DNA of 63,486 bases, the filler included, from Asterionella formosa (Eukaryota), in assembly GCA_002256025.1 (NCBI GenBank). It is 24 parts of 24 records of this genome, joined end to end, with 100 filler letters (N's around TTAATTAATTAA, not from the genome) between each part and the next. Parts side by side here need not be neighbours in the genome. Positions count along the whole stretch, not along the records: positions 48,736 to 50,286 come from NKIB01001967.1; positions 50,387 to 51,937 come from NKIB01001969.1; positions 52,038 to 53,587 come from NKIB01001970.1; positions 53,688 to 55,237 come from NKIB01001971.1; positions 55,338 to 56,887 come from NKIB01001972.1; positions 56,988 to 58,537 come from NKIB01001973.1; positions 58,638 to 60,187 come from NKIB01001974.1; positions 60,288 to 61,837 come from NKIB01001975.1; 16 more parts are not named here. One strand, written 5' to 3'. Within the stretch, counting starts at the first letter, position 1. The number at the start of each line of letters is the position of its first letter. Positions 48,736 to 62,028 of the stretch are shown one piece after another. A program made the position numbers and the translations under genes. The notes beneath the pieces are model-generated. The model was not told the origin of the DNA and made no database searches. It was given only the letters and a program-made list of their open reading frames with translations.

Positions 48736-49494
48736 TGATTCCAATTCCAAATTGATTCATGTGTATCTCTTTTGATTTTTCATTTAATAAACCACCTGAC
48801 CACCTGGTTGTTTGGAATTGTCTGTAACTTTAATCTGATTTAGCCTACAATATTGAGACCTACTAGTAGGATCTTTTTACTTATTCTGCCAGTTGGTACC
48901 ATAGTAGCTAGGATTTGCTTAATGTTTGACCATTTTGATTAAAGTATCAATTTCCCTTGATGTGTGATGTCATCATTTCAACCCAAATGCCATCACAGCC
49001 GCATACCAACATAACACTGTAGTTAATGATGATACAACATACCGGTAAACATAAGGTGAAGTAAGCAATGTATTGCCCATGAAACATGCAATATATCATA
49101 CACCTTTTGATGGATTCATGTACAGGGTACCTGAGGTAGCCCACATAGGCAATAGAATGTAATTATTTAGCTTAGATTATGCTTTTTCTATATTTAATAC
49201 ACTACAGTGTAGTCATTCTGAATGGCTGGAGAGCGAATATTGCATAATGTTGTCTCAGCCTTGACCATGACAAAGATAACAAATAACTTAATGAAAATCA
49301 GAACGACGCTTTGCTATTTGGTATGTAAAATAATGACATCATCGACAATACAATCAAAACAATTATGCTAATTACAATGATATTGACAACGAAAATTGAA
49401 GACGCTGATGGCACGTTTTTTCATGTAAATCAGTGATGCACCATTTTTAAAAATGACATGTTACAAGGAGCTTTGACACTTTTACAGTAATTAC
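48736..49494. repeat. Near-identical reverse-complement overlap with 50387-51139 (probable alternative haplotype)
   Basis: 759 vs 753 bp, with a few SNPs and one 6-bp indel at 48863-48868. The overlap is staggered at the contig ends. Confidence 0.92.
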
Positions 49495-52319
49495 TCAACA
49501 AATTAGACTACGACTACGTCGATAACAAGAATAAGTGGAGCAACAGATGTTAAATAAGTTTTTTATCTACTGAGAATTGATTGATTACGAATTGGCATGT
49601 GAAAGCAAGCTGACAAATGTCAAATATGCTGTCAAAACTACTACTAGTAATACCATATAGTTAATGTTTGACAGCCCCTTCATGCAGCAGCATACATGTG
49701 AGTGCTTAAAGGAGTACAGGACATCATTATGAAATAATGCTACACATAGTGATCTACTGTTATTACCAGGATATTGTTAACATAGTACCAGTAGACTAAT
49801 GCTGGTAAATCTCTTTCCTTCTGTAGTGACACATGCAGTCATCTACATATGAATTAAGGACTGTGCATGCTTGTCTACAAAGTTTAAGAAAAATATTGCT
49901 TAACGTTGTCTTGATTAAATTAGATTCCATCATTTGCTTAAACCTAAATAGTCTTTCAGTACTTTAACCCAAAGTAAAACGATTTGGAAAGTAAAATGGC
50001 TGTTGATCCAGTCTAGTACAATAGTAGTGGCTAAGACACCAAAGATGCTAGTTGTTCTTTGACAGGAATGGGAGGTTGGGATTGGAGGGCAAAAGCCAGA
50101 AAGGCTATTTACAAGGGTTGAAAGGAGTAGACTGAAATTTATTTACTGCTGGTGCTAAATTCTGTGGGAGACAGTTGCAATGCTAGTTTGTGCTGGTGAT
50201 ACTACTCCTGCAAACACAGCAATAGACCGAATTTATGAGCCATATGGCCAAGACCAAACAGTGACATACATACTCATGCATCTGATNNNNNNNNNNNNNN
50301 NNNNNNNNNNNNNNNNNNNNNNNNNNNNNNTTAATTAATTAANNNNNNNNNNNNNNNNNNNNNNNNNNNNNNNNNNNNNNNNNNNNGTAATTACTGTAAA
50401 AGTGTCAAAGCTCATTGTAACATGTCATTTTTAAAAATGGTGCATCACTGATTTACATGAAAAAACGTGCCATCAGCGTCTTCAATTTTCGTTGTCAATA
50501 TCATTGTAATTAGCATAATTGTTTTGATTGTATTGTCGATGATGTCATTATTGTACATACCGAATAGCAAAGCGTCGTTCTGATTTTCATTAAGTTATTT
50601 GTTATCTTTGTCATGGTCAAGACTGAGACAACATTATGCAATATTCGCTCTCCAGCCATTCAGAATGACTACACTGTAGTGTATTAAATATAGAAAAAGC
50701 ATAATCTAAGCTAAATAATTACATTCTAGTGCCTATGTGGGCTACCTCAGGTACCCTGTACATGAATCCATCAAAAGGTGTATGATATATTGCATGTTTC
50801 ATGGGCAATACATTGCCTACTTCACCTTACGTTTACCGGTATGTTGTATCATCATTAACTACAGTGTTATGTTGGTATGCGGCTGTGATGGCATTTGGGT
50901 TGAAATGATGACATCACACATCAAGGGAAATTGATACTTTAATCAAAATGGTCAAACATTAAGCAAATCCTAGCTACTATGGTACCAACTGGCAGAATAA
51001 GTAAAAAGATCCTAGGTCTCAATATTGTAGGCTAAATCAGATTAAAGTTACAGACAATTCCAAACAACCAGGTGGTCAGGTGGTTTATTAAATGAAAAAT
51101 CAAAAGAGATACACATGAATCAATTTGGAATTGGAATCACTATTGCCAGCACAATGACGTATGTAGCACTAAAGTTTGGATACTGCTCGTTTAGCAAAAT
51201 CACCGCAACTTGCCGGTATGCTGAGTACCCTGATACCAGGTACCTGGTACCGGTACCACCATCTTGCTTCATGTGCATATTTTTATGCATCATCACGCAC
51301 ATCCCGGACTTTCTACGACTAATCAGAGTTGATTTTTCAACCAAAAAGGGAGTACAAAATCAACCGTCAATGCAACGGGGTTGATTTTTTCTTTGTTGTA
51401 CAATACTGTATTTTCTCGTGATCTAGTACGGAAAAATACCGTCAAGGTATTTTACCATCCGCAGTAGAACGATACTTGAGGCCTACAGAAAAATACAACC
51501 TGGGTTGATTTTTACAAGTAATACCCTGGTACCTGGTACCAGAGTACCGGTACCATATAGCTATTGTTGTATATAGATATGACAAACCGGTACCGGCATA
51601 TGATGCGTCCTATATGTAGTGATTCTGCAACGATATTAATTGGGTTTCTAGTGACTACATTCAAAGTAGTCAATATGGAATCCTACGTTTAGGTAACTTT
51701 GAGGAAAAAAACCTAAACGTAATGCATTTGGGTAACTTATTGGGATATGGGCACGGAATCCCCTAAACGTAATGCATTTGCATTGGGTTTTTCACTCCCG
51801 ATAGCATCGTTTTTTAGGGTTACCGAAACCAAAACACTGTTTGGTTTGCGTTTTGGTCCACTGTTAGCAATGGCCTGAGGCCTTAACTTATTTTTCCTGA
51901 AATGCAAAGATTGACTCAAAGGATCCTAACTGCTGTTNNNNNNNNNNNNNNNNNNNNNNNNNNNNNNNNNNNNNNNNNNNNTTAATTAATTAANNNNNNN
52001 NNNNNNNNNNNNNNNNNNNNNNNNNNNNNNNNNNNNNTTATGTGGCCTCGTATTGTTACCGGTAGTCAACTGCTACCCGTTTCTTCTTTTCACACCCCCT
52101 TCAAGTACAACTTGATCGATCCACAAGATAGATTGCGAAATAACTCGCAATGTTAAATTCAAATCAAGTCCTGTTCCAAAAACAAGGGAACAACGACCAA
52201 AAATTTCGTATTTTACTGCTACATAACCTGCCCACATGGTAAAGCCAAGCAATACATACATAGATCAAATACCGGTACACCGGTAGTTGCTTCTCCTTTT
52301 ATTAAATTGTGATTCCACC

Positions 52320-53587
52320 ATGGCAGATGATGAGGAAGTTGTTGGCCCGAATCCTCTCGACATTACAGTCGTTGAGGAGGAATCCGAAGGCGAGCATGAG
52401 TCTAGCGATGAATTCAACTTTAACGATGTGACTGTGTTGAAAAAGAATCTTTCCGTTACCTTCGATCAGCACGTCAGAATCAGCGCTACCAATTCGGTCG
52501 TGGCCCAACAGATTGCCAGGTTCGAGCAGTCGATTCACAACTCCGCAGTTGCTCCTGTCCTGACCCGGCCACAAAAACTGTCCGTTGCGCTTCGAATTCG
52601 CCCTCCCGTCGGCGCGAAGGCCATTGATAGCGGCAAACATGACTGCTCCGCTGCGAGTACCGTCGAGCTCCTTTCTGCCACCACGCTTCGTACCTACCCA
52701 CCTCCTGACTCGCAGACCGCCAAATCAAGTCGCGGAGAGACTGCGGGGGTCAAAGACTTTGAGTTCAGTTCCATTTTCGGTCCTGACACGCCCCAAGGGA
52801 CGCTCTATGAACAAATGGCAGCACCCCTTGTGCAGGGGCTGGTCACGGGGAATCATTCTTCTGCTCTTCTCTTTAGCTACGGTATCACCAATGCAGGCAA
52901 GACCTACACCATGTTGGGAAACTTGTCGAATCCAGACGAATGGGGAATCCTACCTAGGGCAATGCAAGAATTGAGTGCAGTGCCGGGTTGGGAATTAATG
53001 TTGAGTTATTTGGAAATTTACAATGAACAAATTTTTGATTTGTTACCGTCGGATTGTGCCGCTAGACTCGTTCCTCTCAAGATTACTGGAGCCAGTGTCG
53101 TGGCTGGCCTTTCTAAACATCCAGTTGTAAATGTCCAAGCTGGGCTGGACCTGGTGAAGCTGGCCAAGACGAAGCGGCATACTTCGTGCAACAACTTGAA
53201 CAACAAATCTAGTCGATCTCATTCCATTTGTCAATTGGATCTTGTCACTGCAACCAAGAGTAAGACCTTTTGGATTGTTGACTTGGCTGGAAGTGAACGT
53301 AGCAAGAGAACTGGCATTGTTAATTCGACAAGACAGAGGGAAGCAACATTAATTAACGCATCACTGATGAAGCTGATGCGCTGCTTACTTCCTGACGGAG
53401 ACGTGATTCCATTTCGAGAGTCCAAATTGACGCACTTGATCATGCATCACTTGGTTAGTGGAGGAACTACCAGTATGATGGTGAACATCAACCCAGCAGC
53501 TGCAGACTTTGACGAGACACAGCATGTCCTGGCGTACGCGTCGGCAGCCAAGACAGTTGATATCAATATGGAGGACTATGTCAAGAA
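52320..53587 (+). CDS. Kinesin motor domain protein (kinesin-6-like); 3' end truncated
   Basis: LRIRP, P-loop YGITNAGKTYT, SYLEIYNEQIFDLL, SSRSH, DLAGSER, IPFRESKLT, ETQHVLAYA. ATG at 52320. Confidence 0.95.
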
Positions 53588-53687
53588 NNNNNNNNNNNNN
53601 NNNNNNNNNNNNNNNNNNNNNNNNNNNNNNNTTAATTAATTAANNNNNNNNNNNNNNNNNNNNNNNNNNNNNNNNNNNNNNNNNNNN

Positions 53688-55237
53688 ATCCGTTGATTCA
53701 TCCGCAATTCTGCGAAGATTTGACAGACCAAGAATGCTCTGACTGGAGTGACAAATTTACAGACCACTCTCGCAAATTACAAGCTATCATGGGAAGGACA
53801 GGAAAACTTCGTCCCCTTGTGATCCTTGTCAAATTTACAGATCATGCCGACCGAGTGCTGCCCACCAGAGAAGCCGTCGAAGAACTGTGGAATGGCGCTG
53901 GCATCTCTGACAACATTCCCACTGGTTCTATTGCGCAATACTATGATAAGAACTCGCAAGGGGCACTCGCAATAAATGCCACGGTCTTCAACTGGACATT
54001 CACGGATAATACAGAAGCCTATTATTCGTTCGGAAAGTCGGGTCTAACGCTTGACTTGGGACCTGCTATGTACCCAGCCCTTTCCCAGTTGGACGCGGAC
54101 GGTCTAGACTTTTCTCAATTTGATTTGGACGGTGATTTCGTCATTGACGTGGTGATCATGTTGACTTCGTCGTTTCCGGCGGAAATTGGAGGTTCTGACT
54201 GCTTTGGTCGATCTAATGACTTACGCATATGGGCCCATGCCATTCCGCCGTATTACCAAGACTTTTTAACCTCCTCTGGATACGAGATTGGGTCGTATTT
54301 GGCCGCAAGTGCCCTTTCCGGGACCTGTGGATCGACGTTGGCGACATTGGGCGTCATCGCACATGAGATGGGGCATACATGGGGAATTCCAGATTTGTAC
54401 GATACGGGGGGTGATTTTATTGGCAAGGGAGTGGGCACTTATGATATCATGGCAAATCCTTATGGACTAAATGGATTGGGAACGTATCCGAATCATATGG
54501 GTCCGTGGACCAAGATGAAGTCTGGATGGGTTACACCTACTGAGATTACGGAAGACGGCTACTATGAGCTTGAGGCATCGGAATACTCTAATCAAGCTTA
54601 CAAGATTTCCTCGAAGTATTCATCCACTGATGAATATCTGCTGATTGAAAACAGACAGCCGATTTTGTGGGATAAACTTCTGTTCCATGGAGGAATCTTG
54701 ATTTGGCACATTGACGAATCAGCAGATAACAATAATCACCGTGGATTTCCTGGACAAGCTGGATGGCCCGGAAATAGCAATCACTACATGGTTGCCTTGG
54801 AACAAGCCGATCGCAGGTATGATTTGGAGCTTGGTCACAATACTGGAGAACAGAGCGACTTTTGGGTCAACGGATCGGAATACTTCGAAGGGCCACTTGA
54901 CGCGCAAGCGATCAACTACGGGGAATACCCAAATAGCAACTCGTATCAGGGTGGAATCATTGAGCTAACTGGTGTGCGAATATTTAATTTTTCGGTGACT
55001 GGTGATATCATGTCCTTCCAAGTTTCAGGTCTGTCCCCGGTGACTCCTCAACCAAGCAAGGATCCGGCTTCACAAGCTGGCCCACCAACTGTGACACCTT
55101 CGATAGGACCGTCCCGGTCACCGGTCACCGTTGCTCCTACCTCCCAAAAGCCAATAATTGCCTCACAGCCAACAACAACGGGGCCATCGTCAATGCCCTC
55201 GGTGATGCCTGTACCAGGGAGTTCACCATCGCCGTCA
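53688..55237 (+). CDS. M6 family (immune inhibitor A-like) zinc metalloprotease with a Pro/Ser/Thr stalk; partial at both ends
   Basis: LVILVKFTDH, DFSQFDLDGD..ID, IWAH, GVIAHEMGHTWGIPDLYD, YDIMA, WTKMKSGW, EYLLIENRQ, GILIWHIDE. Confidence 0.92.
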
Positions 55238-55337
55238 NNNNNNNNNNNNNNNNNNNNNNNNNNNNNNNNNNNNNNNNNNNNTTAATTAATTAANNNNNNN
55301 NNNNNNNNNNNNNNNNNNNNNNNNNNNNNNNNNNNNN

Positions 55338-56417
55338 CGTCGAAGAATCAAGTCAATCGCATTGACAAAGGTTTTGAGGTGTTCCTCTTGCGAAACCGAA
55401 CCTGGGCTGCTCGACCATGAGAGAGCCGATAATGAAGTACCAAATGAACTGCAGATCGCAGTGTACAAATGGTCAATGTCGTTCCAATGTTGACAGTCTG
55501 GAATGACAGTTACGAGGTACTTGCAGCTACTGTCATATTGCAGCGTACGAATCAAGTTAACAAGTGAGTGCGACTTGCCAATTCCCTGCGGTCCCTTAAT
55601 CATGATTCCAGCCGGACCACCTATATTGAAGGCATCTTCAACCGCTTTCATCATATCCTTCACAATTTCAGGCCGATATAAGATTCCCCGTCTCTTGCAA
55701 TCATTAAACCGCACTTTTCGGAGCCCTTTCATCCAGTAACTATCTTCGGGGGAAAAGACGGGAACAATGGGATCAGAAGGAGGTAAAGAATCGTCAGAAT
55801 CAGATAAAGTAGGTTCAAAAGGAAGCTCGTTTCGATCAATCTTGTAGATATGCATTGTCTGTGGAACGATTCGCTTTTCCTGATCCACCTTCAAGCGCTT
55901 GAAATGAACGTTGAGCTTCTTCTTTATAAGCAATATTAAGGTCGAGGCTTCCTCCTGCTCATCATTTTGTTTCTGGCGTTTCGTCGTTCCTTGGTCTTTT
56001 CAACAGTAGCGAGTATTTGTATGGGATAAATGATACGAAATGATACGTGAGTATTAGGAGCTGTGACCTACAATACAATAGAAGGTATTCCATGAGATCA
56101 AAACACGTACCAATATCAGGTTGGATGACCACGATCAGGATCACGATCACGAACGCATTCTTGCTGCTAGTTCCCCAATTCAGATGAACAACCAGACCTC
56201 CAGGATCCATGGTTGGATCATCAGCTCCCTCAGGAACCGGCACTTGAGTTCCAGGTGGGCACACACGGAGCCGCGCTGAGGAAACACCTTGAAGATCGTC
56301 ACCACATTTAATCTTCACAGCTTCCATCAAGTCAGCAATGACATCATTCTGATTCAACGTGACATAAACTGGCAATAGTCCTGCGTTTCCAAGAAACAAC
56401 TGGAACCAAACCTTCAT
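55338..56417 (-). CDS. Crinkler (CRN)-like protein: N-terminal ubiquitin-like header plus P-loop NTPase; 3' end truncated (copy A)
   Basis: Header MKVWFQL...VIADLMEAVKIK...L..V...L.V.PPGT. GT-AG intron 56110-55996 joins the two track ORFs in frame (…QPDI D QGTTKRQK…). LYRP motif and Walker A GPQGIGKSHSL. Confidence 0.72.
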
Positions 56418-56987
56418 TGTTTTCTACCTGTTGGTGGTGGGTACCTGGTTGTGAGTACAAGACAATGGAAGTGAGAGGAAAGGAGAGGAAAGGAGAGGAG
56501 AACCTTCTGTCAATATATAAAGAAGGGTCAGCAATGTTGTGAATGTACCATCATGAAACAGGTTCCAGTACCATGTACCAGTTACTCTACTATATCGGCA
56601 CATGCTTTCTTTTGCTGTCATGGTACTTTTGTCAACCTTGTTTTCTACATACAGGATCTTGTATACATATATATTTATAGTCATATGGAATACAACTTCG
56701 TCTTGCGATCCAGCATCCTACTGCGTGGCGTGTATGATTGTACACCCTGGGAGTTCCGGGAAAGTCCGACTTTTGCGAATATTTGTCCGCATGTGTGTAT
56801 ACAAAACACATATTAATTAATCAACAATGTATGTGAACCATTCACAAAAATATGGACAGGTCCGAGTACCGGTATGTCATACTCGTANNNNNNNNNNNNN
56901 NNNNNNNNNNNNNNNNNNNNNNNNNNNNNNNTTAATTAATTAANNNNNNNNNNNNNNNNNNNNNNNNNNNNNNNNNNNNNNNNNNNN

Positions 56988-58067
56988 CGTCGAAGAATCA
57001 AGTCAATCGCATTGACAAAGGTTTTGAGGTGTTCCTCTTGCGAAACCGAACCTGGGCTGCTCGACCATGAGAGAGCCGATAATGAAGTACCAAATGAACT
57101 GCAGATCGCAGTGTACAAATGGTCAATGTCGTTCCAATGTTGACAGTCTGGAATGACAGTTACGAGGTACTTGCAGCTACTGTCATATTGCAGCGTACGA
57201 ATCAAGTTAACAAGTGAGTGCGACTTGCCAATTCCCTGCGGTCCCTTAATCATGATTCCAGCCGGACCACCTATATTGAAGGCATCTTCAACCGCTTTCA
57301 TCATATCCTTCACAATTTCAGGCCGATATAAGATTCCCCGTCTCTTGCAATCATTAAACCGCACTTTTCGGAGCCCTTTCATCCAGTAACTATCTTCGGG
57401 GGAAAAGACGGGAACAATGGGATCAGAAGGAGGTAAAGAATCGTCAGAATCAGATAAAGTAGGTTCAAAAGGAAGCTCGTTTCGATCAATCTTGTAGATA
57501 TGCATTGTCTGTGGAACGATTCGCTTTTCCTGATCCACCTTCAAGCGCTTGAAATGAACGTTGAGCTTCTCCTTTATAAGCAATATTAAGGTCGAGGCTT
57601 CCTCCTGCTCATCATTTTGTTTCTGGCGTTTCGTCGTTCCTTGGTCTTTTCAACAGTAGCGAGTATTTGTATGGGATAAATGATACGAAATGATACGTGA
57701 GTATTAGGAGCTGTGACCTACAATACAATAGAAGGTATTCCATGAGATCAAAACACGTACCAATATCAGGTTGGATGACCACGATCAGGATCACGATCAC
57801 GAACGCATTCTTGCTGCTAGTTCCCCAATTCAGATGAACAACCAGACCTCCAGGATCCATGGTTGGATCATCAGCTCCCTCAGGAACCGGCACTTGAGTT
57901 CCAGGTGGGCACACACGGAGCCGCGCTGAGGAAACACCTTGAAGATCGTCACCACATTTAATCTTCACAGCTTCCATCAAGTCAGCAATGACATCATTCT
58001 GATTCAACGTGACATAAACTGGCAATAGTCCTGCGTTTCCAAGAAACAACTGGAACCAAACCTTCAT
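56988..58067 (-). CDS. CRN-like protein, copy B (probable allele of copy A)
   Basis: Contig 56988-58537 matches 55338-56887 end to end. I spotted three substitutions (55921/57571 K>E, 56429/58079, 56731/58381). Intron 57760-57646. Confidence 0.72.
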
Positions 58068-58637
58068 TGTTTTCTACCTTTTGGTGGTGGGTACCTGGTT
58101 GTGAGTACAAGACAATGGAAGTGAGAGGAAAGGAGAGGAAAGGAGAGGAGAACCTTCTGTCAATATATAAAGAAGGGTCAGCAATGTTGTGAATGTACCA
58201 TCATGAAACAGGTTCCAGTACCATGTACCAGTTACTCTACTATATCGGCACATGCTTTCTTTTGCTGTCATGGTACTTTTGTCAACCTTGTTTTCTACAT
58301 ACAGGATCTTGTATACATATATATTTATAGTCATATGGAATACAACTTCGTCTTGCGATCCAGCATCCTACTGCGTGGCGGGTATGATTGTACACCCTGG
58401 GAGTTCCGGGAAAGTCCGACTTTTGCGAATATTTGTCCGCATGTGTGTATACAAAACACATATTAATTAATCAACAATGTATGTGAACCATTCACAAAAA
58501 TATGGACAGGTCCGAGTACCGGTATGTCATACTCGTANNNNNNNNNNNNNNNNNNNNNNNNNNNNNNNNNNNNNNNNNNNNTTAATTAATTAANNNNNNN
58601 NNNNNNNNNNNNNNNNNNNNNNNNNNNNNNNNNNNNN

Positions 58638-60187
58638 TTGCACAGGGTAAAAACAGATTGACGACTTTGTACTTTCCAGTACAAGTTCTGACATTGCTTT
58701 AACAATAGCATTCACACTGTCATCTTCCATACAAACTTGCATTCTGTCTTCATTGTCGGAAATGTATTGAGCAGCCTTTCTTGCAACCACACCATCCAGC
58801 AGAGCCGTAATCTCCATCTTTCTTGATTTCCATGATTTGCTAGGAAAGTAGCAATGTAGGAACAATAAATCATCTCGTCGCATGTGGCATTCCTTGGCTG
58901 GCCTGTAATCCACGCAGTAATCAGTATGCATAGGACTATCATAAGATGACCCCCTATAGACTTTCGGAGCAACAGAAACAGAGCTTGCTTTCGAGATCAC
59001 TTGAGGTACCAATCCGTCTCCAGGTGCATAGTAGGGATGCAGTGAGACAGTCGGCAGCCATTGAAGCTTGAATACTTTCGCTGGCGAAATGTCGGCTGGA
59101 TTCTCACTCAGAAGAGGGGACTTCATAATTTGCACAGGGTAGGAACAGATTGACGACTTTGTACTTTCCAGTACAACGTCTGGCATTACATTTACAATAG
59201 CAGTCACACTGGCAACCTTCATACAAACCTGTATTTTGCCTTCATTATCGGAAATGTATTCAGCAACCTTTCTTGCAACCACACCATCCAAAATAGCCTT
59301 AATCTCCATCTTTCTTGATTTCCATGATTCACTAGAAAAGTAGCAATGTAGGAACAATAAATCATCTCGTCGCATGTGGCATTCCTTGGCTGGCCTGTAA
59401 TCCACCCAGTAATCAGTATGCATAGGACTATCATAAGATGACCCCCTATAGACTTTCGGAGCAACAGAAACAGAGCTTGCTTTCGAGATCACTTGAGATA
59501 CCATTCCGTCTCCAGGTGCATAGTAGGGATGCAGTGAGACAGTCGGCAGCCATTGAAGCTTGAATACTTTCGCTGGCGAAATGTCGGCTGGATTCTCACT
59601 CAGACGAGGGGACTTCATAATTTGCACAGGGTAAGAACAGATTGACGACTTTGTACTTTCCAGTACAACGTCTGGCATTACATTTACAATAGCAGTCACA
59701 CTGGCAACCTTCATACAAACTTGTATTTTGCCTTCATTATCGGAAATGTATTCAGCAATCCATGTCTCAATATTCCCATCCAATTCTCCAAACACTTCCA
59801 CCAACACAGCCCCTGACACAAAACTCAACACTTCCGCCACATCCAACCACAAGATCGACCCATACGCCAACAAGTGCGACAAGAACGAAGCCTCAGACAA
59901 GACGAACACAAACGCAAAGCCAAGCAATTGCACCAACAACGTGGTCCCCGACACATATGCCAACAAGTGCGACAAGAACGAAACCTCCGACAAGACGAAC
60001 ACAAACACAAACCCCAGCAATTGCACCAACAACGTGGTTCCCGACATATATGCCAACAATTGCGACAAGATCGAAACCCCCGACAAGACGAACACAAAAA
60101 CAAACACGTATTCCAACACTTGCACCAACAACGTGGTCCCCGACACATATGCCAACAAGTGCGACAAGAACGAAACCCCCGACAAGA
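58638..60187 (-). CDS. Unknown tandem-repeat protein fragment (31-33-aa hydrophobic repeats, then 164-aa repeats), copy A
   Basis: One frame is open across the whole contig. Periodicities of 93/99 bp and 492 bp. Confidence 0.5.
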
Positions 60188-60287
60188 NNNNNNNNNNNNN
60201 NNNNNNNNNNNNNNNNNNNNNNNNNNNNNNNTTAATTAATTAANNNNNNNNNNNNNNNNNNNNNNNNNNNNNNNNNNNNNNNNNNNN

Positions 60288-61837
60288 TCTTGTCGGGGGT
60301 TTCGTTCTTGTCGCACTTGTTGGCATATGTGTCGGGGACCACGTTGTTGGTGCAAGTGTTGGAATACGTGTTTGTTTTTGTGTTCGTCTTGTCGGGGGTT
60401 TCGATCTTGTCGCAATTGTTGGCATATATGTCGGGAACCACGTTGTTGGTGCAATTGCTGGGGTTTGTGTTTGTGTTCGTCTTGTCGGAGGTTTCGTTCT
60501 TGTCGCACTTGTTGGCATATGTGTCGGGGACCACGTTGTTGGTGCAATTGCTTGGCTTTGCGTTTGTGTTCGTCTTGTCTGAGGCTTCGTTCTTGTCGCA
60601 CTTGTTGGCGTATGGGTCGATCTTGTGGTTGGATGTGGCGGAAGTGTTGAGTTTTGTGTCAGGGGCTGTGTTGGTGGAAGTGTTTGGAGAATTGGATGGG
60701 AATATTGAGACATGGATTGCTGAATACATTTCCGATAATGAAGGCAAAATACAAGTTTGTATGAAGGTTGCCAGTGTGACTGCTATTGTAAATGTAATGC
60801 CAGACGTTGTACTGGAAAGTACAAAGTCGTCAATCTGTTCTTACCCTGTGCAAATTATGAAGTCCCCTCGTCTGAGTGAGAATCCAGCCGACATTTCGCC
60901 AGCGAAAGTATTCAAGCTTCAATGGCTGCCGACTGTCTCACTGCATCCCTACTATGCACCTGGAGACGGAATGGTATCTCAAGTGATCTCGAAAGCAAGC
61001 TCTGTTTCTGTTGCTCCGAAAGTCTATAGGGGGTCATCTTATGATAGTCCTATGCATACTGATTACTGGGTGGATTACAGGCCAGCCAAGGAATGCCACA
61101 TGCGACGAGATGATTTATTGTTCCTACATTGCTACTTTTCTAGTGAATCATGGAAATCAAGAAAGATGGAGATTAAGGCTATTTTGGATGGTGTGGTTGC
61201 AAGAAAGGCTGCTCAATACATTTCCGACAATGAAGACAGAATGCAAGTTTGTATGGAAGATGACAGTGTGAATGCTATTGTAAATGTAATGCCAGACGTT
61301 GTACTGGAAAGTACAAAGTCGTCAATCTGTTCCTACCCTGTGCAAATTATGAAGTCCCCTCTTCTGAGTGAGAATCCAGCCGACATTTCGCCAGCGAAAG
61401 TATTCAAGCTTCAATGGCTGCCGACTGTCTCACTGCATCCCTACTATGCACCTGGAGACGGATTGGTACCTCAAGTGATCTCGAAAGCAAGCTCTGTTTC
61501 TGTTGCTCCGAAAGTCTATAGGGGGTCATCTTATGATAGTCCTATGCATACTGATTACTGCGTGGATTACAGGCCAGCCAAGGAATGCCACATGCGACGA
61601 GATGATTTATTGTTCCTACATTGCTACTTTCCTAGCAAATCATGGAAATCAAGAAAGATGGAGATTACGGCTCTGCTGGATGGTGTGGTTGCAAGAAAGG
61701 CTGCTCAATACATTTCCGACAATGAAGACAGAATGCAAGTTTGTATGGAAGATGACAGTGTGAATGCTATTGTTAAAGCAATGTCAGAACTTGTACTGGA
61801 AAGTACAAAGTCGTCAATCTGTTCTTACCCTGTGCAA
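60288..61837 (+). CDS. Unknown tandem-repeat protein fragment, copy B (reverse complement of copy A with one variant block)
   Basis: Same length and ends as 58638-60187. It differs mainly at about 61205-61275. Confidence 0.5.
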
Positions 61838-62028
61838 NNNNNNNNNNNNNNNNNNNNNNNNNNNNNNNNNNNNNNNNNNNNTTAATTAATTAANNNNNNN
61901 NNNNNNNNNNNNNNNNNNNNNNNNNNNNNNNNNNNNNGAATATAATGATGGTCTTGATATCAAGCAACAACAAAATATAATTACCGGGAAACTAAATATA
62001 ATATTAAAAACACACATTTGCATGAATC

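Noticed and set aside
47085..55237. Functional cluster of GNAT, kinesin and M6 protease
   Set aside because: Each gene is on a separate contig, so the adjacency is artificial.
55338..58537. Tandem duplication of the CRN-like gene
   Set aside because: Identical contig ends, about 3 SNPs and a spacer between them make an allelic bubble more likely.
58638..61837. Giant 1.55-kb inverted repeat (palindrome)
   Set aside because: These are two separate contigs in opposite orientation on either side of a spacer, so they are alternative assemblies or alleles.
1556..61937. Regularly spaced TTAATTAATTAA motif about every 1.65 kb, as a repeat array or CRISPR-like structure
   Set aside because: It is an artificial spacer within N runs, and the spacing reflects length-sorted contigs. 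ORF-track entries ending in X...N are artifacts.
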